Assembly (NCBI GenBank): GCA_964035545.1
Contig: OZ037765.1
Span: forward strand, 19,964,995-20,028,994
Direction: 5' to 3'
Source: Bugula neritina
Taxonomy: Eukaryota; Animalia; Bryozoa
DNA length: 64,000 nt
Below are positions 1-14,400 of this stretch, piece after piece; the first letter of the stretch is position 1; every line of letters begins with the position of its first letter. The notes under the pieces are model-generated. The model worked only from the letters and a program-made list of their open reading frames with translations. It searched no databases and was not told where the DNA came from. Made by a program: the position numbers and the translations under genes.

Positions 1-1079
1 GCTGTGACTTTGATATGATTGAGTCATTGTATAATTTCTGTATGACATTCAACTCCTGCTCCATCTCTATTCTTTCATCCTGTTGTAAATTACCAGAATA
101 TTTTATGAGTTTTAATATCAAGTTGAAAATAAAATCAGTATTATAATTTATAGTTCAAACTAGTAGGAAGCTCTATTTCTAAAAGCAAAAAAAATTCAAA
201 TTTAACAATAAGGTATTATTTAGACATGACGTAGTGATAAACACAACATTTTACTCACTGCTGACTTATTTTGTAAAACTCTCTTAATCCACATTCTCTC
301 TCCTTTACCAAACACAGTAAATGAGTACACAGTAGTTGAAGTGATAGACATGATGAGTGATAATATTAGTTTAGTAAATCTCTGCTCAATAAACTCTCTT
401 GGCTGATGCAAATCAAGTTTGTGACTTTGTGTTGTCAGAGCTATGTTTTTGATTGTTGAGTGTAAGGAAGTTAACAATGCATTTAAAGTTAAATTTAAAG
501 TATCTTATTATAATTTTATAACCACATTAACTTTCTCTACTCAAACAAAAACATTTAAAAAGCAATATAACCGTTTCAACATCTCAGCAGCAGTTCATGC
601 AAAAAATATACAGATAGGATAAGTTTATAATAACAAAATTTTGGAGCCAAATTTTAAGCAAAATTATATATTTATGGCCATCACATAGATAATTTTGAGC
701 GATATATATTCTATACAAGCTTTTTTATTTGACATGAAGCATGTTTAATGCTAATACATAATATTCTATTGCAGGGTGCTTTAGAAACAGCTTGCAAAAA
801 TACAAGTTTGAAATTAAAGAGATAACTTACATTTTGTAAATGCAGTTTCTATTAATTGTAGCAGGCAAGGTTTTGTTCTTAAAGCTTTTAAGGACAAATT
901 GAAAATCTTCAGCAAAGTCACTGCGTACAGAGCTGCTATAATTAATTTTGATATCCAACAGCATATATTGAAAATAATCAGTTCAATATGTTAAAATATG
1001 GTAGTTGCTGAGCAAATCTTTCTTTCATAATTATTTATTATTTTTACAATTATTGCTTACCTGTTGATGATCTCAGCAT
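1..1079 (-). CDS. Possible 5' part of an unidentified spliced gene running off the left edge
   Basis: Minus strand ATG CTG AGA TCA TCA ACA G|gtaag at about 1079-1061. An ORF segment ends KRVLQNKSA|gtgagt at about 259. An acceptor at 80/81 opens DERIEMEQELNVIQKLYNDSIISKSQ to the edge. Phases can be joined, but the middle acceptor is weak and I recognise no family. Confidence 0.3.
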
Positions 1080-2401
1080 GTTTTACTAAAAAATGCATAC
1101 AAAAGTAATACAATGTACAATTTCAAGAATAAAAAAGATTTTAAGTTGGAAGCAGCAGAACGGTTAGTCAACTCCTAGAAAGTGTTTTAAATTGTTCAGC
1201 TTTAAAACTGTATTAATATTGCAATCCATTGCCGCCAGAACACCGCTACCCAAACAGTTATCAACGTGCTACTTTAGGACTGCTAGGAGAGCATGCAGAA
1301 TTGAGATCACATTATATAGTAATCGGAATCTGCATTAGCCAATAATAGGTTGGGGCTGTTTTCTTCCGTTCATTTGCAGAACAAAGAAAACAATTTGTAA
1401 AATTTAGTTGAGTAAGAAAGCTCTAAATTTTAGCAGCAATCGATGACGATTTGTCAAAACGAACACTTGGATTTCATTCTTAAAACATTATAACTGGTGC
1501 AGCAGTTATAATTTTTCAAGAGTAAAATTTTTGATGAATTGGTATTGGACTAATATATCAGTAGAGGTGCAAGGAAGAATACTTGTGATTATGCAAGAAG
1601 CCTGATTGTGAAGCATTAGCTTAAAATTAAAGGTTCATGCAAATCTTTGCGAGTTGAATTGATTGAAAAATATTCAAAGCATCTGTAGTCTATTGCAAAT
1701 TATCACTAATGCTTTCAAAATTATTCATTGAATAATATAATAATACTTGAAGACCACTCTCATGAAATTAATCTACAGTACCTATATTGGAAATTTGACA
1801 AAAAAAACCTCATTAACATTTGGTCTTAACTCACCACCCTATATCACAACACGGGTTTATTAATTTTGGTCTGCAACAAAACTGAGAGAAAAAAAACTGC
1901 AGTCTTCAACTATGTTTTCGTGTGTGAGCGCATTGACCAGTATGGCTTCATAACTTGCAACTTAACAATCACACAAATACTTGTGGAATTTTAGTAATGG
2001 AAACTTTTTTAAATTATTGAATTAAGCAATGTGGAACTGCACTATTTGTAGCATTTACTTAGCTAGCTAAATTGCGTAGCATTTTATAAGATGAAAACAT
2101 AATATACAGGTATAATTTATTTCTAATAATATAAAATAATAAAATTTAAAAGCATTTCAGTAAAATCAATTGGCAAATATTTGGTAAAATAAAAATTTCA
2201 GAGCCAAACTACCAACTAATCATATAAAAGCAAAAAGGGATAAAATTATCATAAAATTTACAGACAATTGAAATCGAATTACAATGAGGATGCAGAAAAA
2301 ATGCATGACTTGATACAGGATAGAACAAGTTGGTTAAAAACAATATTTTTGCGTTTAAGAAAGTCAAATTGAACAAATATTCGTTTTAATGTGTACTTTT
2401 A

Positions 2402-5400
2402 TCAACAGTTTTCTTGTTTGAGTTTCATCAAAACAGATTTCAGAACCTCTTCACCCAGAGCTTTCCCGAGTGGTGGCGGAACAGCATTGCCAACCTACAA
2501 GTGAAAGAACATGTTTAAAATTTGGAATACGTAACTTACAAACCAACTTTGAATGCGATTCTTTTTCTTGAGCTGATGTCAAAGTTTGAGTTGAGAAAAC
2601 TTTTGAGAATAAAATAACATCAAATAAACTTTAACACTTTATTATATCCAATACATGTCACTTTGTCTATTGAGATTGACATGCATGCAGTTATATTGAT
2701 TTTATTAAGTCCCTTTGATCAGCTACTTGGGAGCGCATACTATATACAAGAACTAAAGCTAGAAATTAAATTTAATTAGATAATGGTAAACAACTTTGCT
2801 GAGTTTTGCAAACATTCTAAAGGCTAATTAGGAGTAAATAGAAACAGCTGAATAATATAGGAAGTTGATCATTTTATTTTTTTGGGGTAAAGTTAATTGC
2901 TCAGAAACAAAAGTAAAATTATAGCATTTGAACAGTTCCACAGAATGCTTATGTAATTGACAGCTGTATCTGCCAAGTCTAATGTACTGTAGAACCACAC
3001 ACCTGTCTATGCCTGTCAAGTGTAGAGCCATAGAATGCAAAGGAGTCTGGGAAACCTTGAGACCTGGCACATTCTCTCACACTCACAACTCTGTGTTGCT
3101 CGGGGTGGAGCACTCGGCCCTACAAAATTTCATTTTTTGGGAACCAATTTGTTAAAACATCACTAAAATTCAAGCCAACAACTCACTAGTGACTGACGGA
3201 ATGTAACAAAGCAGCTTTGAACTGACCTGTTGGACTCGACGGATAACTAATCAATCACTCAATCAATCAATCAATCAACTGACCTGCTTGCCCATAGGCT
3301 CAGGGTTGGTGACTGTAGTGGAGAAGAAGCCATCCCACTCCAGTCGGCCATAGAGTCCCGCCCAGTGATTGTGCCTGTTTCCTGTGTGAGGCAGACACCA
3401 GGGAACTAGAGTGTTGAACTGCCGGAACTCAGGGTCACACTTCCCGCCGTCTGAGCACGAGCAAACACCTCTCAGCGCTCCACTCGCACTTTTCCCGTTC
3501 TTTGGATCTCGGTGTGTGTATTTCCTATACAGCATCAATTCAAATAATAAAGTTCACTTTAACGTGAACAAACACCTAGTTGCTGAAGGAGAAAGAGCAT
3601 CTAGTTGGTGCGACATGCAGATCTGTCCATCAGTGCCTTTGCTGACATCACCAATATATCATACGTACATCAAAACTGTCACAACTAGTTCTTGAAGCAA
3701 AATTAATAAACAGAGTGGGTTGGGAGCTCCACACAACAATTTAAGGTGATATTATAATCTAAACGCTTTTTGTTAGCAACACATCAGGCCATAAAAATGT
3801 TTAGGCAAAGAATGTGCACAGTTATAGTGTTGCAATTTGCATTCCTTATACCCCTGAACAGTGTTTATAAAAATTCCTATTGCTATATTCTTAAATTTGA
3901 ATCACCAACCCTACAGCAACAAGAAAAGTCAGCAAGTCCGAAATACATTTGCTTCCATGATATCAATGTAAAACTACAAGAAATGACTGAGTGATTGCGA
4001 CTGGTGTCCCAACAACGTGCGCTGGCAATCTCACAAAATGCTGCCAACCTTATGAAATCGTGTGACCAGCTGCATATTTGGAGTTTATTTCATTGGACAC
4101 ACCACGAATGCTCATCTAATAGTAGGCACTTCCACACAACCCGTAGTATGTGTAACCTATGCGCTTTACTAGTGTTTAATTAGCATGCCAAGTCAACAGG
4201 AAAAGGGAGAGAAATCTGAGAATGTGACTCACAGAACTTTAGCCTTGGTTCCATCACTTAGTCGCACTTCAATGTTGGGGAGGAGTCTCCAGTCAGACCC
4301 AGGATGAGTGGGGATGTGAGACATTCTAGCAGCTACCAGTGGGTTCATCTCTTTACACACATGATCTATCAGCTTCTCTTGGTTACCCCTTATCTACACA
4401 CATATCATGTTGATACAAATTATACCACTGGCCATACTATTATCTTCTGATTTTGAATCCATTCTTTTTAAATAAAATACAACCGGAAGTCAACAGTTTC
4501 AGTTAACTTTGTGTTGCATTATAGCATTGTTGTTATACAGACTTTAAGAGAAAAAGCTATGTAAAGCTTTTGGATAAAAAGCTAATGCTTTATGTACATA
4601 CTGTCTGGGACCTAGTAACATGTTCTATGCTCAATAAAGCTTATTCACGTAATACTACACTTTGTATAAATAATAAATAATGCAGACAAACCTTCTACAC
4701 ACAACAAACACACGAATGACCGACTCTATACTATCTCATGATGTAATGCTAGACAGCAGTGAATAACATACAACATGAGTACGGAATCTAGAAGAAACAA
4801 ACCAGTCTCTGGAAGTGAGTAGTTGCCTCGTGGCTGTAATTCATAGACGACAGTTTGTGTCCATTGTTAATCTTCGGCAGATCGGACATACAATCTCTAA
4901 CAGTAATGGTCCGGTAGGGGGCGCTGTGTGTGCGAGTAATGTTGGACAGGTACTAGAGAATTAAGATTGGAGAAATATAGAAGACAAGCCGTGCAAGTAG
5001 ACAAAGCATAGATGACAAACAAATTTATAAGTAAAGTAAAACCCATAAATATATGACTTAATATTCAATATTTGCAAGTATTGATAAGCACAGCACAAAA
5101 GAAAATATAATAAAATATTTAGTAATCAAAATGTTTACCTTGACATCTCCAATAACAACACTAAGCTGTAGAGCTCGAGGGGCAAACACATGCTTTGGCT
5201 CAGGATAAAAAGGTAATATTTCTCCAGGAGCTGCAGCCATTATTATAGCCCTGCAAAGTGGGTTCACATGAGGTTAAACCTGAGGTTTAGAGTAGGTAGG
5301 AAGATTTACAAGGGTCATTTTACATACTTTAGTACACACTGGAAATCTCCAGTTTTTAGCTATTTTTCACAATTTAATTGCTAATGTACATGGGGTTTTG

Positions 5401-8400
5401 CCCAAAACTAGTAAAATATCAATAAATACACCTGAATAATCAAGGTTCTTCTTAATTTTGCTTGATTTCCCATGTTTTTCCTAATTATTCAGCCACTTTC
5501 GATTGCGGACCGTTATGGTTTTTTCATAACGGAATGCAAGTTCATAAACAACTTGAAATAAATTTGGTCAATTTAATCAAGGTATATGTATATGGAGCTA
5601 ATATTTAAAGTTAATTCATACTACATTGTTATAAAAAATAAATTTTAAGCATCACTGAGTATAGCAATTGCCAAGATTTGAACCATAGTTTTACGGTAAT
5701 TTTACACTCGTTTTTTTCAAAAAAGAAGGCAACTCTCAGTAACTTTTGCCTAAAACACCAACCGACGGCCATGCTCATCACCTTAGCTGTAAAATGATTA
5801 AAAAGCTTCACTTGGCATACACACATAAACTAGCAGTCAGACGTATTCTCACCTGCGTCTAGTCTGTGCGACGCCGTAACAGCCTGCCTGCATCACGCCG
5901 AACGTACACTGATATCCCATAGCTGTGAGACAACGCAGAGCCATCTTCAGCACCATAGAGTTTTTGTAAGACACAAAGTTTCTCACATTCTCCAGTATGA
6001 AGAACTTCGGCCGGTAGTAGTCGCAGTAACTGAGGTAGGAGGCTATCAGTGAGTTCTGAAAAGGAAGACGAATAAAACATTTATACTTATATTGTGGCAG
6101 TAAACAGAGTCTTTGCCAACTATGTACCTCGTTGAGCTAGTCAACTCATTTCCTGTATGCATCAGTTTGTTACTCAAAAACTTTTGCCATTGAGCTAATT
6201 GTTATCTACTGGTTGGGAGGGTTGTTTATTCAAAAAGGCATTATTTTTAGCCGCAGAAATTAATTTTAAAAATAAAAAAACTGCGCAAACTTTTACTCAT
6301 TGAAAAAGCAACACATCTTTAAGGCTATAATTAGAATACCTTGAATCTAGAATATTCCCGTTGGTTAAATCTGTTCATTCCACTGAACCCCTGGCAGGGA
6401 GGTCCTCCACACAACATCTCTACTTCACCTTTTTGAGGAAGTGTTTGACCCTGCCTATTCTTAGTCTCACCCTGTGAAATACAGATTTTCAGATATTAAA
6501 GACTGGGCAATGTGGTGCATGCTTTATAAACTGAGACAACATATTTATAATTATTAAAATTGTCAGAAGAGACACATAGAGAAGAAAACTTCCATTCCTA
6601 TGAAAACATTTCTAGTTTTGCCTTGGTAGGTAGCGCAACTACGCACTTTTATAGTTTCAGAAGTTATATGGAGTTACAAAATTAAAGCCGACTTCCACTG
6701 ACTAGATCTAGACCAAAGTGATGCAAGGATCAGGTAAGATGCAAAAGTGTGGTAGAGTTAGGCAAAACCCACCACCCAAGCAGGACATAGCAGTGAAAGG
6801 TAAACAAAGGTGCAGGTAAAACAACTTCATACCCCTATTAAATTCGTCAGAAAATTTCTGACAGCGAAATGAGAGTCAACCAACCTGGATGACTAGTTTT
6901 AGCAGCTCATTACAGTCATCTGTGAAAACAGTGCAGTTGGCAGCGTTGAGGGCGTAGGCTCTGGCAGCAGGTTCCACCTTCTCTATGGCCCACCTGCTCT
7001 CAGCTATACCACACTGATGTAAACCGGCTGACAGTCCTATCAACCAACATATGACAGGTAACCATGTTATGAAGCTTTGGAATACTCTTACATTGTAGAA
7101 GTATTTCTCAATGTAGAAGACAACTCTTAATCAATTGACTAGACAGTTGCCAGTCGTCAATATACTCTAGAGTTGGAGTGTAGCTCTTTATAGCTGTACA
7201 GACATGTATAGTAACAGATGTACAGATAATCTGAAATCTAAGGTCAGCATACAACATGTAACCGGCAGTACCGCTCTTCTCACTTGTATATTATATATAC
7301 AGCACATTTGATATATAACATTATATTATAAATACAGCCTACATTTTATATTATATTATAAATACAACATATATTATGTATTACATTATATTGTATATAT
7401 TATAAATACAACATATATTATGTATTATATTATATATTATAAATACAACATATATTATATATAGCACATGCCATATTGTATGAGCTACAAACAAACCTCC
7501 ACAACCAGCAAACACATCTAAACATTTTAGTTTCTTGAATCCATTCATTTCACTGTCGTCATCTCCAACCTTTGCCTTCATCTACAAAAATAATGGAGTG
7601 GATCATTAGAGGAATCACATAACAGCAAACATGCATATTAGTTTGGGCTTTGGGCCATTTTTTCAGTCTATTTCAATTGATATCACTACAAAGTTATTTA
7701 ACATTTCTTTTGGTTTTACCAGGCAAAGCTTGATAAGCCTACACTGTGCTTTCTTTTGCATAAATTATAAGGTTCAAGCTTCAGGTTCATGTTAATGTAT
7801 TACTGTATGTATGCTTTTGCTAAACTCAACAAATGAAATGAAATTTGAGAGACTATTTAGTTTCATGAAAGAAAACAGAAACACGTACTCTAATGCACTA
7901 CAGGAGTAGAAGAAATAATATTTTTTTCAGTGTAAACCAGAAAAACTTAGAGTTAAAAGGATAAACATTATAGAAAAGCCCAGCAACAGAATAGCACTAC
8001 AGCTAGCCCAGGTGAACAGAACGTAAATGGTCGACAGCGGGCAAAAGAAACTTCTATTAACTAAGTGTGACCTTGTTCACGTATGGCAGTCTAAGAATCT
8101 TATTCTATTGCCTGTGGCCTCCACCAACAGGTGAAGGAAGGAGTGTATTAGTGTGAACTACTAACCTTGAACTTGTTAGCATCTTTGGGAGGTTCTGTAA
8201 ATTCCCTCTCATCAGCATTATAGGCCTGAATGAATTGTATAAAATAACTGCATGTAATCACATGGATATATGCAAATACAGAGTAAAACCAAACTACAGT
8301 CTAAAAGGCATGGAACAGACAGAGTAATAACATGAGCATTATATCTGTTTCAGAAACCAATACTTTTCAAGTAGAAAACCCACAGAGCTGTGAAAATAAA

Positions 8401-11400
8401 GCAAAGTTGTACCTCTGAGAAATAGAAGTGACCGTCTTTGAAGAATTTTTCTTTCAACTCTCTGCCCCGCGGCGTCTCACTATCCTTCTTAGGAATGTAG
8501 TAGACATCGAGGCTGCCATTTGAAGAGGTCAATGAAACATTTATCTCTTCCTCACTCCAGTAGACTATATTGAGATCAGTCTTATGTATCAGATCATCCT
8601 TCATGTGAGTATTCTCTGGCCTGTATGTATACTAGAATGTAGTTATACTGTATACTAGAGAGTAGTTATACTGTATACTAGAGTATAGTTATACTGTATA
8701 CTAGAGAGTAGTTATACTGTATACTAGAGTGTACTTATACTGTATACTAGAGTGTAGTTATACTGTATACTAGAGTGTAGTTATACTGTATACTAGAGTG
8801 TAGTTATACTGTATACTAGAGTGCAGTTATAGTGTATACTAGAGTGTAGTTATACTGTATACTAGAGTGTAGTTATACTGCATACTAGAGTATAGTTATA
8901 CTGTATACTAGAGTGTAGTTATACTGTATACTAGAGTGTAGTTATACTGTATACTAGAGTGTAGTTATACTGTACACTAGAGTGTAGTTATACTGTATAC
9001 TAGAGTATAGTTATACTGTATACTAGAGTGTAGTTATACTGTATACTAGAGTGTAGTTATACTGTATACTAGAGTGTAGTTATACTGTACACTAGAGTGT
9101 AGTTATACTGCATACTAGAGTGTAGTTATACTGTATACTAGAGTGTAGTTATACTGTACACGTAGAGTGTAGTTATACTGTATACTAGAGTATAGTTATA
9201 CTGTATACTAGAGTGTAGTTATACTGTATACTAGAGTGTAGTTATACTGTATACTAGAGTGTAGTTATACTGTACACTAGAGTGTAGTTATACTGCATAC
9301 TAGAGTATAGTTATACTGTATACTAGAGTGTAGTTATACTGTATACTAGAGTGTAGTTATACTGTATACTAGAGTGTAGTTATACTGTATACTAGAGTGT
9401 AGTTATACTGTACACTAGAGTGTAGTTATACTGTATACTAGAGTGTAGTTATACTGTATACTAGAGTGTAGTTATACTGTATACTAGAGTGTAGTTATAC
9501 TGTATACTAGAGTGTAGTTATACTGTATACTAGAGTGTAGTTATACTGTATACTAGAGTGTAGTTATACCATGATTGTATACCACATTGTTAACATTTTC
9601 ATTTGGCGCTATGCTAAATCACAGTGTGGTTGTGCTTCAAGTTAAAGAAGAAAAACAATATTCAGCATAGCATGTTCAGCATATGGATAGCACAAAAATT
9701 AATTTCAATACTAAACACAGTTTTTATGGATCAAAAAAATGTCTCTTACATTTACGGAAAATATTGCCCGTTTTCAAAAACCAAGTGCATGTAGTAGTAA
9801 TGACTAGATTAACTGAGAACGAATTGGTTAAAATTTACACAAACATCTAATGAAAACAGAAGCTAGTATGGCACAGCAGGGATGTATTGCATATTGTTGT
9901 CAATGGCCGGTTTTTACAAATTAATTTGATAGCAAACATCTATATGAATAAATATAGGAGGTTTTACTGCCGGTAGTTTGAAAGATTTGTTAAGTAAAAA
10001 CATGAATAGAAAAAATAACTTCTGTTTTTGAAGTACTATCGCAAGGTTTATAGCTAAAAACCAAGCAAAATCAACCGTATTTTTCGGTATAAACATCAAT
10101 GGACTGTTCTATCATTCTCAACTCTATATTAATGCAAGTAGTTCTCAAACCTGTAGAACTTTGCCACTCGAAGGTGCACATCTTCAATGTTGTCCTTAGT
10201 ATATATTTCTAAAATTCTAGCGACTAGAAAAGGATCGGGGCATGCATCGTTGGACCCTTTAACGTAGCTGTTTGATCGCCTATACACTTCAGGATACATG
10301 ACATCATCGTCGTACTGAAATTTGACAGAATTACATAAAAACTTATTAAATGTGTAGTACAATTTGATGAGGTTATAGCATGAATAGCTTCTTATATTGT
10401 GCAGTCACACATTTTCCTACTTTCATCAAGTGTCATAGTAGAATATAAAAGAAGTTAAAAGAAAAAAAGCAGACATGCAAGTCTCTGCAAAAGAACAGCA
10501 TAAACCTAATATTGCAACATTTTGAAGTTGAAAATCAAAAGCAACAAATTTATCAAATATTAGCAGGAAAAAATTATCAGGGTTTACAGCATATATTAAA
10601 ACGCACCTTAGAGCTAAGATCTTTATGTGTTGACTTTCTGTTCTTTCTATATTTAAAATTGTATGCATCTGGGTCCAGGAAACAGCCGCCGCCCACTCTG
10701 TACTTATGACCTTGGTACTCCACTGTAGCATACAAGCTCCTCTTACCAGTAGATGAATCCAGTTTCTGCCCAACTACCATCTTTTCCCTCTGGAAAAAGA
10801 ATTATAAAGACAATCCAACAAATGCTCATGGAGACCATTCAGTCAGATAAAAAGATGGCAGAAGGCATTACAGCTGATGTAGCCAGACGTTTGTCATACA
10901 AGAACTGGCAGCTAGTTACCAGGTTGGTGTACATGTGCCTTAACTATACATTGATTACAGTTACAAAATAAACATCAGTAAAATAATGGGAAAATAGGAA
11001 CACAATATGGCATAGTAGTGATGATTATTAGTAGAAATGCAATGTATGAATAGCATATAACTTAAGACACAAGCTAGCCAACGACTGAAAAATTAATTGA
11101 CAATGAACCAGGGTTAAAATTTAGAACATAGAATGTTAATATAATTATTTTACTTGCAGCATAAAATGATGCTACAAAATATTATGTATCTAGTATTTCA
11201 CATAATATCAGACACAATTTCAAAATATTAAGCCAATACTACTTCAACATGTTAGGCTGAGCAAAATTTTACCTTTTCCTTCTTGGCATTCCTCACACAA
11301 GCATCGCAAAACTTGGCTTTTTGATCTATGTTCTTCACTACAGGGATGTCTTCGAATCTGGCCAGTTTGGTGTCATACCTGTAAAAGTGATTAGCATACA

Positions 11401-14400
11401 TAGCAAATCAAATACTATTGTAGCAAATCTCTCTCCTGAACATTACCAAAGGCTAGCCTTACTACAACTAATGACGCAGCAGGTGAAATGTATTGAAAGC
11501 ATCACTGATGTGAATAGTTTAATTCAAGTTGATGAGAGAGTAAATTATGTATGAGTTGACCAGCCGAAGAATCCCATTGCTAAACAGAATAGAAACACTA
11601 AAACTCTGTCAGCACGAGAAAAAGTATTTCCCACCACAGCTCCTCCCATTTTGAATGAGTCATTACTGGTGACCCAAGCTGTTTTCATTACATACCCCAT
11701 CAATTTAGAAATATAGAAATTGTGGCACATCAAACTTAATGGGATAAAACCTGAGAAGACACAATTTAAAGAATTCCTGACACATCACACTTATGCATTA
11801 TTAAAATATTCAAACATATATCTAAGATATTGTCTACAGTCTGTAACTTTAAGTTTTTAAGCCAGTTTAGTGATTAGGCTGTGTGTTGCAGCAGCTACGA
11901 ATAGCATGCAGGGAAAGTCAGCAATAAGTAGTATCAGTTATATAATACAGCATATTTTAGAGCCAAACCAAAACATAATCTGCATGCACCCAGAAACTCC
12001 AAATATTTCAGAACAGTTTGCACAAAACTTATTAAAAACCACAATTATTGGGGTATACAACCCTCAGTCTGCAAATGACAGCTAAGATATATTAAGATAT
12101 ATAAGGTATAATTATATTAGATATATAATGATTTAACAAAGGACAAATATATAGTGTCGGGGATTTTGTTTAGTAAATGTGATTAAGTACCTGTTAAAGT
12201 TGACATTAGTTTTGAGTTGACAATATGTCACAAGGTTACAACCATCCTTTCCAGAATACAGCCGTAACAACACATGTACAACATACCAAGACACTGCGTA
12301 CTAGCTACTCACCATTTCTGACAGAAGAAAGAATTATCCTGATCAGCTGGTATAGGACTCTGACCATCTACCAGCCCACCGAGGTCAAACCAGTCCTCAG
12401 CTGGTTTCTGGTAAATGACGTCTGCTCTACCTTCTATACTAGCAGCTTCCATATCGTCACACTCATCGACGAGGAATAGTTCGGTCTTATCACCCGCTTC
12501 CTCGAGTACCGTATCAGTAGCTCGCCTACAGGAAGTAGAATGCGAGATCTGCATAATTCTCACATGATGTCACCAGTCAGCCACAAAATATCTGACACTC
12601 AGATTCTAAAGTTTCCGCAGAGCAACCAATAACATGAAGTGAAAACTAATTCCAAAATAACCTTGATGTTTGAAACGTGAGTTTGCCGAGAAAAATACCA
12701 CAAACCTATTATACTATCTGCCCAACTCTAAATAAATTTTTGTGGGTTTATAGCCGCCATCCCTGTGAGAAGCCCTGACAGATAAGGTTTTTTAAGCATG
12801 CTACGGACTTTTCACTAGTGTGGCAACTCTAACAAGGAGAGGTTAAACAATGAGATCTTACAAAGTTCACTACACGTAAAGTTTAGTATATAAAAGAATA
12901 TTTTGGAAAGAGTTGGAAAAGTTTAAAATCTGCTGTAAGTAAAGTTTTTCTTACATAACATTTTGGTACGTATCCAACAAGTATTGATGTATCGCAAGAC
13001 TGTTCACTATATAATCAAATAATGATCAACACACTTGACTAAGCAGACGCATGCATATGCATTACTCTGACCAATAAAACTGCTGGTAACTTACGTAAAC
13101 CAATGAACATGAAGATGAGAACCACCCTTGCCATCTTTCCACATATACTCAATTCTACCAATATCATTCACAGCGGGCCTATCTTCATCGGCCACAGCCA
13201 CAAAGTCCCCGACTTTGTACTCTTGCCCACCAATCTCCACTCTAGAGTAATACTCCTTAGCCTTGATTGTGTCTAGAGGCTCGCCGATGAACTTGACTGT
13301 ATTTCTCTTTGACCCTGTCCTACAAATACAGTAATTACAACATAACACACAGTTATTAGCAAGGTAGCAACTGTAGAGTGAACAGGGAGAAACCCCAGCC
13401 CACTTACTTAAACTTCTTCTTAGCTTTTTCTTTCACATCTTTGGCTTTCTTATCCATTTCATCCTCATCTTCCTCGTTGTCTTCTGCAGTCTCAGCAGTT
13501 TGCACAGCCATGTTGGGGCACCTTACAATACATGGTCACGCCGTGTAACTATGGTAACAGAAGGGTATTGAAAGCAATACCATTTCTGATAACCCTGTCA
13601 CCAATTACTTTCATGACTACCTATCACCCTACGCATAGCTCTCATCATGTCTTAATGCAATTGCATAACATGCGGACACTCCAAACAAAACATATTATGT
13701 TAGTTACAAAGGCTATGATAAAAGTTATTATGCACATGTGAACAGCTCAAAGTTGAAGGTAATGACTAGTAATTGCAACACATGCATGTATATGTTGAAA
13801 AAGTAACTTGGTATGAATCACTTCACTAATATTCAACAGCTGTATAGCCCTACAGAACATAGTTGTTTCATATCAACTAATTATTTTATTATACGTCTAG
13901 TATTAAAAATAAATACCTAGGAGCAGCCGTGGTCTAGCGGTTAGTAAATACAAGCCAGTATTTCGAACCCAGTAAAGGCCATTGGTGATGTTAGGAAAGG
14001 CTTTCTAATTGGTTCCTTACCACAAGGAGCGCTCGTAGGATAGTGACTATAAACCCAAGTGAGCTTTACTTAAAAATAAACTACCTGCGAAGTAGACAGG
14101 CCTGCTTCATAGTCCCGTTGCCCCCGAACTTGCTCATGTTCTTACAGTTGTTACACTTGCCACAGTCTGGCTGGAGACAGACATCACATTGTCCACACCT
14201 TCTTCTCCTAGCAGCGCTGCCGCTGTCCTCAATTTCTTCCTACAGACATAACAGTGCTTATCAACCAACCCAAACATGCTCTGCATTTAAACTTCAGGCT
14301 AATGGTTGTCAGGCTAATGATTTTCACATTATGGTTTCAATTATCAGTGAAACGAACTGAAATCTTCATTATTTTATTATACGCAAAAGTGATGGTGGTT

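Noticed and set aside
3220-3229. Second CAG|GTCAGTT donor 57 nt into a DNMT1 intron
   Set aside because: Its use would include an in-frame TGA. A 10-nt match may be chance or a by-product of the adjacent microsatellite.
8621-9568. CRISPR-like array
   Set aside because: Units abut with no unique spacers, the context is a eukaryotic intron, and there are no cas genes.
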